A stretch of DNA of 64,000 nucleotides from positions 371,814-435,813 of the forward strand of contig CAVOVB010000007.1 in NCBI GenBank assembly GCA_963699755.1, in the 5' to 3' direction. Numbering within the stretch: the stretch's first letter is position 1; every line of letters starts with the position of its first letter. Both the position numbers and the translations under genes were made by a program. A model generated the notes under the pieces. It saw nothing but the letters and a program-made list of their open reading frames with translations. It was not told where the DNA came from and did not search any database. Shown piece after piece: positions 32,600-42,757 of this stretch. The stretch is from an uncultured delta proteobacterium. GTDB lineage: Bacteria > Myxococcota_A > Polyangia > Polyangiales > Houyiibacteriaceae.

Positions 32600-35020
32600 G
32601 TGCACGCTTGCAAAGACTATCATCGATCGACTGCATTCCTTGCGGTCGTCTTTTGCCTCACGCTCGCGGGATGCTCCAGCGCAGACGGTAGCCCGCGGGA
32701 TGGTACTGGCGGCAGCGGATCTGGAGGCAGCGCTGGCGTTGGTGGCGCCTCCGGAGCCGGCGGATTCGGGGGCACCGTTGGAAGCGGCGGCATGGGCGGT
32801 AGCGCTGGAAGCGTTGGCACGGGCGGCACTGCTGGAAGCGCTGGCATGGGCGGAGCCGGTGGAGCCGGTGGCATGGGCGCGGGCGGCGTGGGCGGCACTG
32901 CTGGAGTCGGTGGCGTCGGCGGCGCTCCCGTGAGCGGCCCCTTCACATCCGATGACTTTGACAGCGCGACACTCGACACGGACCTCTGGGACATCATCGA
33001 CCCTCAAGGCGATGGGACCGTCTCGGTGGTCGGTGCGGGGACATCGAACGCGCGGCTCTTGCTTTCGGTGCCCGAAGGCACCGCTCATGATCCCTGGGTC
33101 GTCAACACTTCGTTGCGGGTGATGCAGCCCGCGACGGACGAAGACTTCGAGATCGAGGTCAAGTTCGAGTCGCTGCCAACGGAAAAATTCCAAAGCCAGG
33201 GGCTGCTGGTCGAGCAGGACGCCGGGCACTTCATCCGCTTCGACCTGTACAGCGATGGGATCTCACTCTTGGTTTTCAGCGCCGTGTTCGCCGACGGCTC
33301 GCCCATCACTCAGCTGAACCAAGCCATCACTGCGTCGTCGATTCAGTACTTGCGGCTGACGCGTACCGGTGACGTGTGGACCGAGCACTATTCTTTGGAC
33401 GGCCAGAGCTGGACGACGGTCGCGAGCTTCACCCAGTCGCTCCAGGTCTCATCGGTTGGTGTCTTTGCAGGCAACTTCGACCCGAGCCCAGCGTACACGG
33501 CGGTGGTCGACTACTTCTTCGAGACCTCGTCCCCGATCGAGCCCGAAGACACGCCGCTCTGTCTCCCCGGCGAGGTGTTCACGCTAGCGGCGGGCTCGGT
33601 TGGGCCCGGAAGCGTGCTGCTGAATCCGGACCTGAGCAGCTATGCCTGCGGTGCGACGGTGACGCTGACCGCAGAGCCAGACCCGGGCGCGCTCTTCCTG
33701 GGATGGGGCGGCGCACTCAGCGGAACGACCAATTCGGCGGCTCTCACGATCGAGTCCGACACCGCGGTCACGGCAAGCTTCGAGCTAGACGCATCGTCGC
33801 CCGTGATCAGCAACGAGTATGTGGTGCGCTACGAGACCTCGGCCACGCTGAGCTGGGAGACCGACGAGCTCAGCACGGGGCTGGTGGAGTACGGCCTCAC
33901 GACCGCGTACGAGCTCGGGTCGGTGGCCTCTAGCGCGCTACAGCCCGCGCACACCGTGACACTGCCTGGCCTGAGCGCTGGGACCGTCTATCACTACCGC
34001 ATCACGGCCGAAGATGGCTTTGGCAACAGCGGCAGCGGTGCCGACGCGACGTTTACGACGACCCGCAGCGGCCCAGGTGGTCCGGACATCCTCGTCTGGT
34101 ACGGCCCGTACCAAGTGTTCGGCAAGGCCGGTGTGCCGCAGCGATTCATCAACATCTTGGGGAACGCGGACGACTTCGACGATGTGATCTATCTGGGCTA
34201 CTCGCTCGACGGAGCGCCGGAGCAGCCGCTCACCCTTGGACTGAACGGAAGCCGACTCGCGTATCCTGGCGATTTCAACGTCGAAATCGCCTACGACGCG
34301 CTGCAGGCAGGAGTCAGCGAAATCACGATTCGCGCCATCGACGGGGCTGGCTTCTGGAGCAGTCAGACCGTGGAAGTCGAGTACATCGACGACGTCGTCA
34401 CGCCCCTGCCATACAGCATCGACTGGGCCAGCGTCGCTCAAGTGTCGGACGTTGCTCAGATCGTCGACGGAAACTGGTCGCAAGAAGCGGGCGGCTTGCG
34501 GACGGTACAAACCGGCTACGACAGGCTCGTCGCGATCGGCGATCTCTCGTGGACGAACTACGAAGCGCTGGTCGAGCTCACGCTCAACGCTCCGGTCAAT
34601 CGTTCGGTGGCGCCCATCATTGGCCTACTCATGCGCTGGACCGGTCACTACGACTGGGATGGTCAACAGCCGCGCATCGGTTGGCACCCCATGGGCGCTT
34701 TGCTGGCGTACGCCTGGCTTCCTGACCCATACACCGGCTTGATGGCCTGGACCAGCAATGGGAGCACGACACAGGGCAGCGGCACCACGCCGGAGCCGGG
34801 CGTGGGTGTGCCTCATCTGATGAAGATGCGGGGCGAGGAGCTGCCCAACGGCGACATCATGTACAGCGTCAAGTTGTGGCCCTCGGCTCAGGTCGAGCCC
34901 AGCGCCTGGGGACACAGCTACACCTCGTCCACGTCGCCGCCGAGCGGCTCTCTTGTGGTGGTCGCGCACAACGTGGACATCACGATTGGCGACGTGAGCG
35001 TCGTGCCTGTCTCGAACTAG
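32600..35020 (+). CDS. Large surface lipoprotein with lectin/ConA-like, InlB B-repeat-like and Fn3-like modules
   Basis: Lipobox 'LAGC', long GG(S/T/A) linker, 'VTLTAEPDPGALFLGWGG', 'LSWETDE...VEYG...HTVTLPGL..GTVYHYRI'. Confidence 0.7.
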   Translation: MHACKDYHRSTAFLAVVFCLTLAGCSSADGSPRDGTGGSGSGGSAGVGGASGAGGFGGTVGSGGMGGSAGSVGTGGTAGSAGMGGAGGAGGMGAGGVGGTAGVGGVGGAPVSGPFTSDDFDSATLDTDLWDIIDPQGDGTVSVVGAGTSNARLLLSVPEGTAHDPWVVNTSLRVMQPATDEDFEIEVKFESLPTEKFQSQGLLVEQDAGHFIRFDLYSDGISLLVFSAVFADGSPITQLNQAITASSIQYLRLTRTGDVWTEHYSLDGQSWTTVASFTQSLQVSSVGVFAGNFDPSPAYTAVVDYFFETSSPIEPEDTPLCLPGEVFTLAAGSVGPGSVLLNPDLSSYACGATVTLTAEPDPGALFLGWGGALSGTTNSAALTIESDTAVTASFELDASSPVISNEYVVRYETSATLSWETDELSTGLVEYGLTTAYELGSVASSALQPAHTVTLPGLSAGTVYHYRITAEDGFGNSGSGADATFTTTRSGPGGPDILVWYGPYQVFGKAGVPQRFINILGNADDFDDVIYLGYSLDGAPEQPLTLGLNGSRLAYPGDFNVEIAYDALQAGVSEITIRAIDGAGFWSSQTVEVEYIDDVVTPLPYSIDWASVAQVSDVAQIVDGNWSQEAGGLRTVQTGYDRLVAIGDLSWTNYEALVELTLNAPVNRSVAPIIGLLMRWTGHYDWDGQQPRIGWHPMGALLAYAWLPDPYTGLMAWTSNGSTTQGSGTTPEPGVGVPHLMKMRGEELPNGDIMYSVKLWPSAQVEPSAWGHSYTSSTSPPSGSLVVVAHNVDITIGDVSVVPVSN

Positions 35021-35176
35021 GCTGGGTCATCCGAAAGCAGCTAGCGCGCGCAGCAGGCCGGCATTCATCACGCGACCGCTGGAAAGAACAGACAATGTCA
35101 CATCGACTTGGCCTGTCTCGCGCCTGCCGGATACTCGCGCTCGTCTTGCAGCTCGATCCGTAACCCGGTTGGCAGC

Positions 35177-37954
35177 TCAGCGTGCTTTGTCGGTCTGCTT
35201 CTCGACGGATCCTGTCGCCTGATCGCCTCGTTTGGCCGCCTCGGACTCCAGCTGCGCAGCCCGCTTGCGTGCTTCGGCAACCGCTTGGTTGGCGCGCTTG
35301 TCGGCTTCGGAAATGAGCTGGTTGGCGCGCTTGTCGGTCTCGCTTCGAATGCGCTTGGCGCCCTCCTTGGCTGCGACTGCTTTGAGTGGGTTTCCCGCGC
35401 TTTCCCGCTCTAGCTGAGCGGCTCGCGCGTATCCCTCCTTGCGTGCGATTTCCGCGGCCTTGGTCGCTTCTGCGCGGATCTGACGGGCGCGCTGCTCTGC
35501 TTCGTCGATCATCCGTTTCGTTTGCTCGGCGACTTCTTGCAGGGCGCGTGCCTTCTGCTCCGCGAGCTGCGCCGAAACCGCGTCGGCAACGGCTCCGCGA
35601 AGCGCGTTCGTGTCGAGATCCACCGAGACGCGGGGCGCGTCGATCGATCCGCTCAGGTTTGCGCGCACCCCAACCGTCTGAGCCTTCGACAGGTCCAGCT
35701 TGAGCGCCTGGGCTTGCTTTGCGAGCTGCGACGACAACTTGTCCAAGGGAACATCGGTGCTGATTTGGTACTTCATCTCTTGGTCGAGCCCGTGGGTGCC
35801 GCTGACCTGCATGGAGACCCCACGCGCTTTGACCGTGAAGGGCGTCAACTTCACGGCGCCATCTTCGATCTTGAACCGTGTCTGGAAGCTCTGGATGTCG
35901 AGGGGCTTGCTGATGAACGGAATGGCATCGTTCAACGAAGCTAGTGGTTTGAAGTCGCTGCTGAGCTTGCTCTGAAGGGCAGCCGCCAGACCGCTCGCCG
36001 CAATCGAATCGAGCTTCGGGGAGAAGTCTTCCGCGAGAGTGCCACTCGCGTTGAGGTCGGTCGAAAAGCGCCCATCGAGAAAGCGAGCGATCGGTGCATA
36101 GGCTCTCATGGAAGGAAGCGCCTCGAACGCATCCGCAAAGCGAACCTTATCCACCGCATATTTCAGGTCGAACGTAGCTGGCTGGCCGACGGGGGTGCTC
36201 ACCGTCCCGTCGAGCTTCATGGAGCCCCCAAGCGCATCGGCGCGGACTCCTTCGAGGATGAGCCTCCGATTCAGAAGGCGGCCGGCGCCCTTGAAATCCG
36301 TGAGCACGAGGTCCCCATAGCTGAGCTTGCCGACGTCGAGCTGGAGATTTGCATCGATGTTGTCGGGAAAGACAAAAGCGGCTGACTGGCCGTCGACCGG
36401 GGATTCCTCGGTCGAGAAAAAATCCTCCACTCGAAGATGCTTCGACTTCACCCAAGCGCTGGCGGTGATTTTTTGGTCCTCCATCAGCAGCGTGGTGAGA
36501 GGAGAGAGCAGCCCGGTCACCGAGAGATCACTCTCGGCGACCTGTGCTTGGAGCTCTTTGATCTTCGTGCTTTCGGGGGAAAGCTCGATGCGAGCGGCAA
36601 CGACCCGCACCGCTGGCGCGTCGGCTGACCGATAGATGAGATCCGTGATGGTAATATCGCCTGTCAGCTTCTCGATGCGTTCGCCTTTCGCGATCAAGTC
36701 GATCTCGGCCGCGATGACGCCCTCGAGGGTCTCGACGTCGGGTATTGGATAGGCCTTGGCGATCTCCGCGAGGTCGAATCGCCCGTCGAGGGCCAGGTCG
36801 ACGTTCGGTTGAGACAAAGGCCGGGTGACCATCAGGTGCCCTCTCGCGTGGCTCTTTCCCGCGGCGATGCTGAACTTCGGGACCTCGATTCGCGCTTTGT
36901 CGAGATTCCCTCCGGGGTGAGTCACCTCGGCATCGAGATTGAGGTCGGTGATGCCGAGTGGAAGGTCCGGGTACTTCAAGGTCGCGTCCCGGACGTTTCC
37001 CTTGGCCGAGAAGGAGGGGATGTCGTCGTCGCCTGGCCCGAGCTGGCCTCGCACCATGGCCTCGAGCGAAAAGGCTCCGCTTGCCTCAAGCCCGGCGAAA
37101 TCCGCGGCGTACGCATTCGGAATCGCCGAGATCAACGCCTTGACGGGAAGCCCCTTCTTGGAAGCGAGCTCCACATCGAGATCGGTGCCTTCGTTGGCCC
37201 ATCCGACCGTTCCCGAACCCTCGATCCCGAGTTGGTTGACGGCTACTTCGAGCCTGTGGATGCTCAGCTGCTCCGATCCCGTGTCGATCGTGGCGTCCAG
37301 GGAGACGCTCGTCTTGGCCTTCTTCAAGTAGGTGACCCCGCCTACCCTCGCCGTCAGCTCGTCAACCGTGGTCTCCGACGATAGCTGCTGTATCGGACCG
37401 GAGATTTTCGCGCGCCCATCGTGTTGGAGCCCCCCGAGCCGGATCTCGACGCCCGGCTCGTCGTAGGTGATCAGCCCTTCATTGATCCGATATCGTTTGA
37501 TCTCGAAGGCCACGGTATCCGCGGACGCGTCGGTCTTCTCCGTTTGCTCCGGAACAATGTCGTAGTTGGCCCGACCATCCTCGGCGACTCGAACCTGCAG
37601 CACGGGTCGGTCCACTTCGATGGACTCGATTTGCACTGCGCCGTCCAGGATGAGAGCTAGCAAATCGACACCAGCGCCAATCGACTTCGCCGACAGGAGC
37701 GTGGTCTGTGCAAATTCGCCTTTCCCGGTGATCGCGAGATCCGCGACTTCAGCCGTCAGAGTTGGGAAGGTCGAGAGCAATGACACGTCGAGCTCGGAGA
37801 AGGTCACCGTCGCGTCGAGGCGCTCGTTGAGCTCGGTGCGGAGTAGCTCGACGATTCGGTCCCTAAATAGGAACGGCACGAGTGCGAGACCGACGAGGAG
37901 CAGCCCCAACAGCGCCGTGACCGCAATCAGCGTAATCTTCACCGGTTTCTTCAT
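35177..37954 (-). CDS. AsmA-family protein with C-terminal coiled coil
   Basis: N-terminal anchor + 'PFLFRDRI', 'SLLSTFP', 'DGRANYD', beta-rich body, 'SGTHGLDQ'. Confidence 0.8.
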   Translation of the reverse strand: MKKPVKITLIAVTALLGLLLVGLALVPFLFRDRIVELLRTELNERLDATVTFSELDVSLLSTFPTLTAEVADLAITGKGEFAQTTLLSAKSIGAGVDLLALILDGAVQIESIEVDRPVLQVRVAEDGRANYDIVPEQTEKTDASADTVAFEIKRYRINEGLITYDEPGVEIRLGGLQHDGRAKISGPIQQLSSETTVDELTARVGGVTYLKKAKTSVSLDATIDTGSEQLSIHRLEVAVNQLGIEGSGTVGWANEGTDLDVELASKKGLPVKALISAIPNAYAADFAGLEASGAFSLEAMVRGQLGPGDDDIPSFSAKGNVRDATLKYPDLPLGITDLNLDAEVTHPGGNLDKARIEVPKFSIAAGKSHARGHLMVTRPLSQPNVDLALDGRFDLAEIAKAYPIPDVETLEGVIAAEIDLIAKGERIEKLTGDITITDLIYRSADAPAVRVVAARIELSPESTKIKELQAQVAESDLSVTGLLSPLTTLLMEDQKITASAWVKSKHLRVEDFFSTEESPVDGQSAAFVFPDNIDANLQLDVGKLSYGDLVLTDFKGAGRLLNRRLILEGVRADALGGSMKLDGTVSTPVGQPATFDLKYAVDKVRFADAFEALPSMRAYAPIARFLDGRFSTDLNASGTLAEDFSPKLDSIAASGLAAALQSKLSSDFKPLASLNDAIPFISKPLDIQSFQTRFKIEDGAVKLTPFTVKARGVSMQVSGTHGLDQEMKYQISTDVPLDKLSSQLAKQAQALKLDLSKAQTVGVRANLSGSIDAPRVSVDLDTNALRGAVADAVSAQLAEQKARALQEVAEQTKRMIDEAEQRARQIRAEATKAAEIARKEGYARAAQLERESAGNPLKAVAAKEGAKRIRSETDKRANQLISEADKRANQAVAEARKRAAQLESEAAKRGDQATGSVEKQTDKAR

Positions 37955-38045
37955 ACCCCTCCGTGCCCGTTCTCGTAGCACACCCCCGCGGCGCATGCGC
38001 CAGGGCGGCCTTCTCTACAGCGCGGAAGGCATCCCTCTTGGACTC

Positions 38046-38069
38046 GTCGGGGCGGCAGGATTCAAACCC
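38046..38069 (-). other. Degenerate tRNA 3'-end fragment (tRNA-Pro-like), possible att scar
   Basis: Minus strand GGGTTTGAATCCTGCCGCCCCGAC resembles T-loop + acceptor strand; no 5' half. Confidence 0.35.
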
Positions 38070-38331
38070 GACGTGGATCCCCTGAAGGTTGGCTGCGAGC
38101 GCCGGAAGCCGGAACCTCGGCTCCCTCCTGGCGAAGGCGACGGCAGAAGTTGAGACCGGAGGCGTTGCCCAGCATCACGTCCAAGACGATCAAGTCGACG
38201 CCGGTCGCTTCGAGCAGGCGGGCGGCCTCGGACGGCGTGGGGGCCCCGAGGACCTGGTGGCCGTCGTGTTCCAACGCCCGCTCGGCTACCTCGAGTGTCT
38301 CCTCGTCGTCATCGAGCACCAAGACCCGCAT
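38062..38331 (-). pseudogene. Truncated response-regulator receiver domain
   Basis: 'MRVLVLDDD', 'DLIVLDVML...SGL' then loss of similarity before the conserved Thr/Lys; no output domain. Confidence 0.7.
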
Positions 38332-38426
38332 GCGACCGGTATCTCGCACGCTGAGGAGCGCCGCGGCAACGGAAACCTTCCGCGGCCCGCCAGTTCACCA
38401 ACTCGATCTGCCCCTCTTCATCGCAA

Positions 38427-38957
38427 TCATTCGTCGGAATCGGCGTCATCCTCGTAGGCTTCGATCGCTGGGATGCGATTGTCGGGCAGTTGCCGGGCCT
38501 GGTCGACATGGACGCTTGCCGCGCCATGCTGGTACACTAGACGTCCGCCCGCCTCGCCAGCTCGATAGCCAAGCCCCAGCACCACGACACTGCCGAGGCA
38601 AGAAAAGATGATGAGTGCATTGCTCAGCTCTCCCTCGCGAAGCGCCAGTGGAATCGCCATCAATGCAAGCACGATGGCACTTGCCCAGATGAAGAGCTCC
38701 GCCGCTTCTTCGTGAAAGTCGATGTACCGTTCTTCGACGACGCGTTCCACGCGTTCCTTCTCGGAGTCTCCGGAGTACATCGCGACCAACCCCGAGCCTA
38801 CGAGCGTGCACTGGAGTAGAAAGACGATCACCCACACGCGGCGATCGAACCAACCTCGCAAGTACGCGAACGTGACGCCGCCGGCGACCAGCGGCATCAA
38901 GATCGCGAGAGCGATCGGAAGATGGATGAGTCTGGGGTGAAAGAGCAGTTGTTCCAT
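38427..38957 (-). CDS. Membrane protein (DUF2231-like)
   Basis: 'HPRLIHLPIAL', 'HEE', 'GGRLVYQHG'. Confidence 0.75.
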   Translation of the reverse strand: MEQLLFHPRLIHLPIALAILMPLVAGGVTFAYLRGWFDRRVWVIVFLLQCTLVGSGLVAMYSGDSEKERVERVVEERYIDFHEEAAELFIWASAIVLALMAIPLALREGELSNALIIFSCLGSVVVLGLGYRAGEAGGRLVYQHGAASVHVDQARQLPDNRIPAIEAYEDDADSDE

Positions 38958-39007
38958 GGTGATGTCGTCCTAGCGGGGCCATGCCTGCGGCCCCAGTGCG
39001 CAGGAGC

Positions 39008-39958
39008 TTAGCGGCCTAGGTGGAAGAAGGTGGCGGCGATCTGGTTCCCGAAGTTTAGTAACGCGACCTGAACCTGGTCGAGGTATTCGTGCAGACCCGA
39101 TTCGATCACCGCTTCCGGAGAGCGCGAGGTTAGTTCCTTGAGGGCCTCGAGTGACGCTCGCGGAAACCTTACGTCCTCGAGATCTTCGTTCGCGAGAAGC
39201 CCGTCGAGGGTGAGCTCGATGTTCTCCACGCAGAGCGGCAACGACCTCGGGAAACGCGGGTTGAGGAGAATGAATCCCGCCACCGTCATCGGTGTCATCT
39301 GCGCAGGGTACACCCGCCGGTACCCGTGATACGCAGATGCCGACCGAAGGAGCGCGTTCCATTGCGCGATATCGACCGGAGTCCCGACATCGCTCCAGGA
39401 TGGCAGCAGCGCATGATACTTGATATCGACCAGGCGTGTGATCTGATCGCAGAGCTCGATGAACGTACCAAGCCGATAGAAAGCCCACACCTGATCGCGG
39501 AACAGCGTCCCCGTCACGATGCCATAATGCAGTTGACAGCCCTCTTTGATCTGTACGCAAAGCCTAGACAGCTCCGACAGGCTCACACGACGCGGCGTCA
39601 GAGAGGCCACCCAGTTGTAGAACACGTTGAGCTGGGTCCAGGTTTCCAGGCTGATCAAATGTCGAATGCTCCGTGCATTCTCGCGGGCCGAGCGCACCGA
39701 GGAGATGATCGAATTCGGGTTGTCGGGGTCGATGAGGTAAAAGCGCACGACGTCTTCCGAGGTCAGTCTTCGGTAGCGCTCGAAGAATCGGTCCTCGTCG
39801 CGATGTAGCTTCAAGATGGGGAGCCAGTCGTTCGCGCCTTGCGCATCGCGGGCGAACGTCTCGTTCACCTCGAGAATGCGCGCTAGATTCTCGGCACGCT
39901 CCATGTAGCGCGCCATCCAGTAGCTGTTTTCAGCAAATCTTGCGAGGAGGCTACTCAA
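39008..39958 (-). CDS. Alpha-E domain protein
   Basis: 'YWMARYMERAENLAR', 'ARENARSIR', 'FPRSL'; coupled to ATP-grasp gene. Confidence 0.9.
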   Translation of the reverse strand: MSSLLARFAENSYWMARYMERAENLARILEVNETFARDAQGANDWLPILKLHRDEDRFFERYRRLTSEDVVRFYLIDPDNPNSIISSVRSARENARSIRHLISLETWTQLNVFYNWVASLTPRRVSLSELSRLCVQIKEGCQLHYGIVTGTLFRDQVWAFYRLGTFIELCDQITRLVDIKYHALLPSWSDVGTPVDIAQWNALLRSASAYHGYRRVYPAQMTPMTVAGFILLNPRFPRSLPLCVENIELTLDGLLANEDLEDVRFPRASLEALKELTSRSPEAVIESGLHEYLDQVQVALLNFGNQIAATFFHLGR

Positions 39959-41399
39959 GGACCCAGGTATCCTTCGTGCCACCGCCCTGCGACGAGTTCA
40001 CGACCAAAGAGCCCTTGCGGAGCGCCACGCGCGTCAGTCCTCCCGGCAACACCCAGCTCTCCTTGCCCGTCACGATGTATGGGCGCAGGTCGACGTGACG
40101 TGGCTCGATGGTTTGGCCGATCAGGGTCGGGCAGACCGATAGGTCGATGACCGGCTGGCTGATGTAGTTGGCGGGGTTGCCCTCGATCCGCGCACGGCAC
40201 TCTGCGAGCTGCTCTCGGCTCGACTTGGGTCCAACGACCACCCCGTAGCCTCCCGATTCCCCGACCGGCTTGACGACGAGCTTGTCCAGATTGGCCAGGG
40301 TGTAGGCGAGGCCGTCGGGCTCACGGCAGAGGTGCGTTTCGACGTTCTGGAGAATGGGCTCCTCGTCCAGGTAGTAGCGAATGATTCGCGGCATGTACGC
40401 GTAGATCGCTTTGTCGTCCGCCACGCCGGTGCCGACCGCGTTGGCGAGTGACACATGGCCGGCCCGGTACACCCTGAACAGGCCCCGTACGCCCAGCAGG
40501 CTCTCCGGATTGAACTGCTCTGGATCGATGAACGCGTCGTCGACTCGTCTGTAGATGACGTCGACCCGGCGCAGCCCACCGGTCGTTTTCATGAACACGT
40601 ACCCTTCGTCCACGACCAGATCCCGACCTTCGACGAGGGGAACACCCATCTCCCGAGCCAAAAAAACATGCTCGAAGTATGCCGAGTTGAATACCCCAGG
40701 TGACATGAGCACGATCTTGGGCTCGGATGCCTCTGGCGGTGCGATCTCGGCCAGTGCAGCTCGAAGGTGCATTCCGTAATCCGACACCTGACGCAAGCCG
40801 ATGTTGTCGGTCAAGTCGGGAAAGGCGCGGAGCATCAAATGCCGATTCTCGACGACATACGAAACGCCCGACGGCGTTCGGGCGTTGTCTTCGAGCACGC
40901 GGAAGACACCTTGGCCGTCTCGAACCAAGTCGGTTCCGCAGATGCTCACATAGGTGTTGTAGGGCAAATCGAGGCCTTGCATCTCCGGCCGAAAATTTCC
41001 GTTTTTCAACACCAACTCGGCGGGCACCGTGCCATCTTTGAGGATGCGCTGATCGTGATAGACGTCGTACAAGAAGTGATTGAGCGCCGACACGCGCTGC
41101 ACGCAACCGCTCTCGATCTGCCGCCAGTCGTCGCTCGAGATCACCCGCGGAATGACGTCGAACGGAAGGACTCGATCGATCGCGTTTCGGTCGTCGTAAA
41201 CCGTAAACGTAATCCCGAGGTTATACAGCTCGCGATCGCTGGCTTGGGCGCGCCGGCGGAGGGCTGAAATTTTCATGCCTTGCATGCGATCTCGCATCCG
41301 CTCCGCGTGGAGGGCGGGCTTGGCTTCGCTCCCGAGCATCTCACAGAAGAAGCCACCTGGATCGTAACTCGAAAACAGACCGCTTGTGGAATCAGCCAA
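39951..41399 (-). CDS. Circularly permuted type 2 ATP-grasp protein
   Basis: 'VLEDNARTPSGVSY', 'NSAYFEH', 'VDVIYRR', 'RHVDLRP', 'VVNSSQGGGTKDTW'. Confidence 0.95.
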   Translation of the reverse strand: MADSTSGLFSSYDPGGFFCEMLGSEAKPALHAERMRDRMQGMKISALRRRAQASDRELYNLGITFTVYDDRNAIDRVLPFDVIPRVISSDDWRQIESGCVQRVSALNHFLYDVYHDQRILKDGTVPAELVLKNGNFRPEMQGLDLPYNTYVSICGTDLVRDGQGVFRVLEDNARTPSGVSYVVENRHLMLRAFPDLTDNIGLRQVSDYGMHLRAALAEIAPPEASEPKIVLMSPGVFNSAYFEHVFLAREMGVPLVEGRDLVVDEGYVFMKTTGGLRRVDVIYRRVDDAFIDPEQFNPESLLGVRGLFRVYRAGHVSLANAVGTGVADDKAIYAYMPRIIRYYLDEEPILQNVETHLCREPDGLAYTLANLDKLVVKPVGESGGYGVVVGPKSSREQLAECRARIEGNPANYISQPVIDLSVCPTLIGQTIEPRHVDLRPYIVTGKESWVLPGGLTRVALRKGSLVVNSSQGGGTKDTWVLE

Positions 41400-41514
41400 G
41401 GATCCTCTGCACTCCCCCCGTGATCAAGGGTACATATGTCAGGGTTGGGACCAGCTAGCAAGCCACGTCGCGGTCGAGTGTGGCGCTAGCACGTTGCGCC
41501 TCACGGAGCTCTCC

Positions 41515-42690
41515 TCAGAAGATGCGGACACCAAGCGCGGCCAGCACGGCGATGTACGTGGAGTCCTCCAACCAGACCGCCGGGAAGCCCCAGCTGCCGC
41601 GGATGTTGACCTGGTACCGGCCGGCGGGACCAAAGCGTAGATCGCCGAACACGGTGAGGCCGCCGGCGCCACCGTAGCTGTTGAGCGCGCCGACCCGATA
41701 GACGTCGTTGAAGGCGCCGCCGGCCACCAAAAGCCCGAACTCGTGTTGCGAGCTTTCCTTGGCTTTGAGATGAAGGCCCAGCTGGCCGGCAAGGAGCCGT
41801 TCGCTGATCAGTCCGGGCCAAGGGAGACCGGGCACCGGAGTCACGTACGGGCTGGCGCCGCCGATGCGCTGGCGCGAGATGTCGTCTTGTCTCCAGCCGT
41901 AGTTGCCCCATTCGTCGAGCTGAAGCCGGACGAATGGCCCCAGCTGCCAGCCGGCCTTGAGCCATTGGGCCACGCTATAAATGAGTTTGCCCGGATCGTT
42001 TCGACCGTCCGAAAGGCCCCAGGGCCGTACATCGGACCGCAGGTTGAGCCCGCCGTCGATCCCCACGGCGATGCCCGTGATGCGCGGGAACACGCGGTGG
42101 CTTTCCCACTCCTCGCCAGGCGCGTCGATCTTCCAGAAGTTGTATCCGATCCGCGGCTCGAAGACCCAGGTGTTGGGCGGGAGCGCGAAGTCTGGCGAGG
42201 TGGAGGTCCGATCGCCAAACCACCAATACCGGACGGGCGCAAGGATCTCGATCGTTTGGTGCTTGCCCGGATACCACTGCAACTTCGTGTGCAGGAGCGC
42301 GTAGCTCGCCTTGATCCCGTACTCGTTGTACCGGCGGCCCTGCTGGTAGTAGTCGTTGAGCAGCTGCGAAATCACGGCCTCGCCCTCGAGGAAGGCGAAG
42401 AACGCGAGCTTGCCATGGGCGAACGATAGCCTCTCGATCCCCACATGGGCCTTGGTCGTGTTGTAAAAGAGGTGAAGGTTGCCGCCACCGACGATGCCTT
42501 CCCCGACGCTGTCGAAGCCGGCCCAACCGTGCCCGCTGAGCTGGTTGTTGAGGCCCGGCGCGAAGTTGATCTCCCCACCCCCGAGCACGCCGGCATGCCA
42601 TGTTTCGGGTTCAGCCCTGCCGACGGCGGGCAAGCCCGCTGCCACGATGGCTACGAGGGCGACGACCGCCGCCATAGACCTGCATCTCAT
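41515..42690 (-). CDS. Probable outer-membrane beta-barrel protein
   Basis: Signal peptide, aromatic/Gly-rich amphipathic strands, terminal Phe ('LGVRIF'). Confidence 0.6.
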   Translation of the reverse strand: MRCRSMAAVVALVAIVAAGLPAVGRAEPETWHAGVLGGGEINFAPGLNNQLSGHGWAGFDSVGEGIVGGGNLHLFYNTTKAHVGIERLSFAHGKLAFFAFLEGEAVISQLLNDYYQQGRRYNEYGIKASYALLHTKLQWYPGKHQTIEILAPVRYWWFGDRTSTSPDFALPPNTWVFEPRIGYNFWKIDAPGEEWESHRVFPRITGIAVGIDGGLNLRSDVRPWGLSDGRNDPGKLIYSVAQWLKAGWQLGPFVRLQLDEWGNYGWRQDDISRQRIGGASPYVTPVPGLPWPGLISERLLAGQLGLHLKAKESSQHEFGLLVAGGAFNDVYRVGALNSYGGAGGLTVFGDLRFGPAGRYQVNIRGSWGFPAVWLEDSTYIAVLAALGVRIF

Positions 42691-42757
42691 GACTGCTCCG
42701 TACTCGCAAGAGCGGGACGTGCCAGCCGACCGACCCCGCACGTGCTACCTGCACCGG

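Noticed and set aside
32690..32930. GGC-rich repeat tract
   Set aside because: Gly-rich linker after a lipobox, common in myxobacterial lipoproteins.
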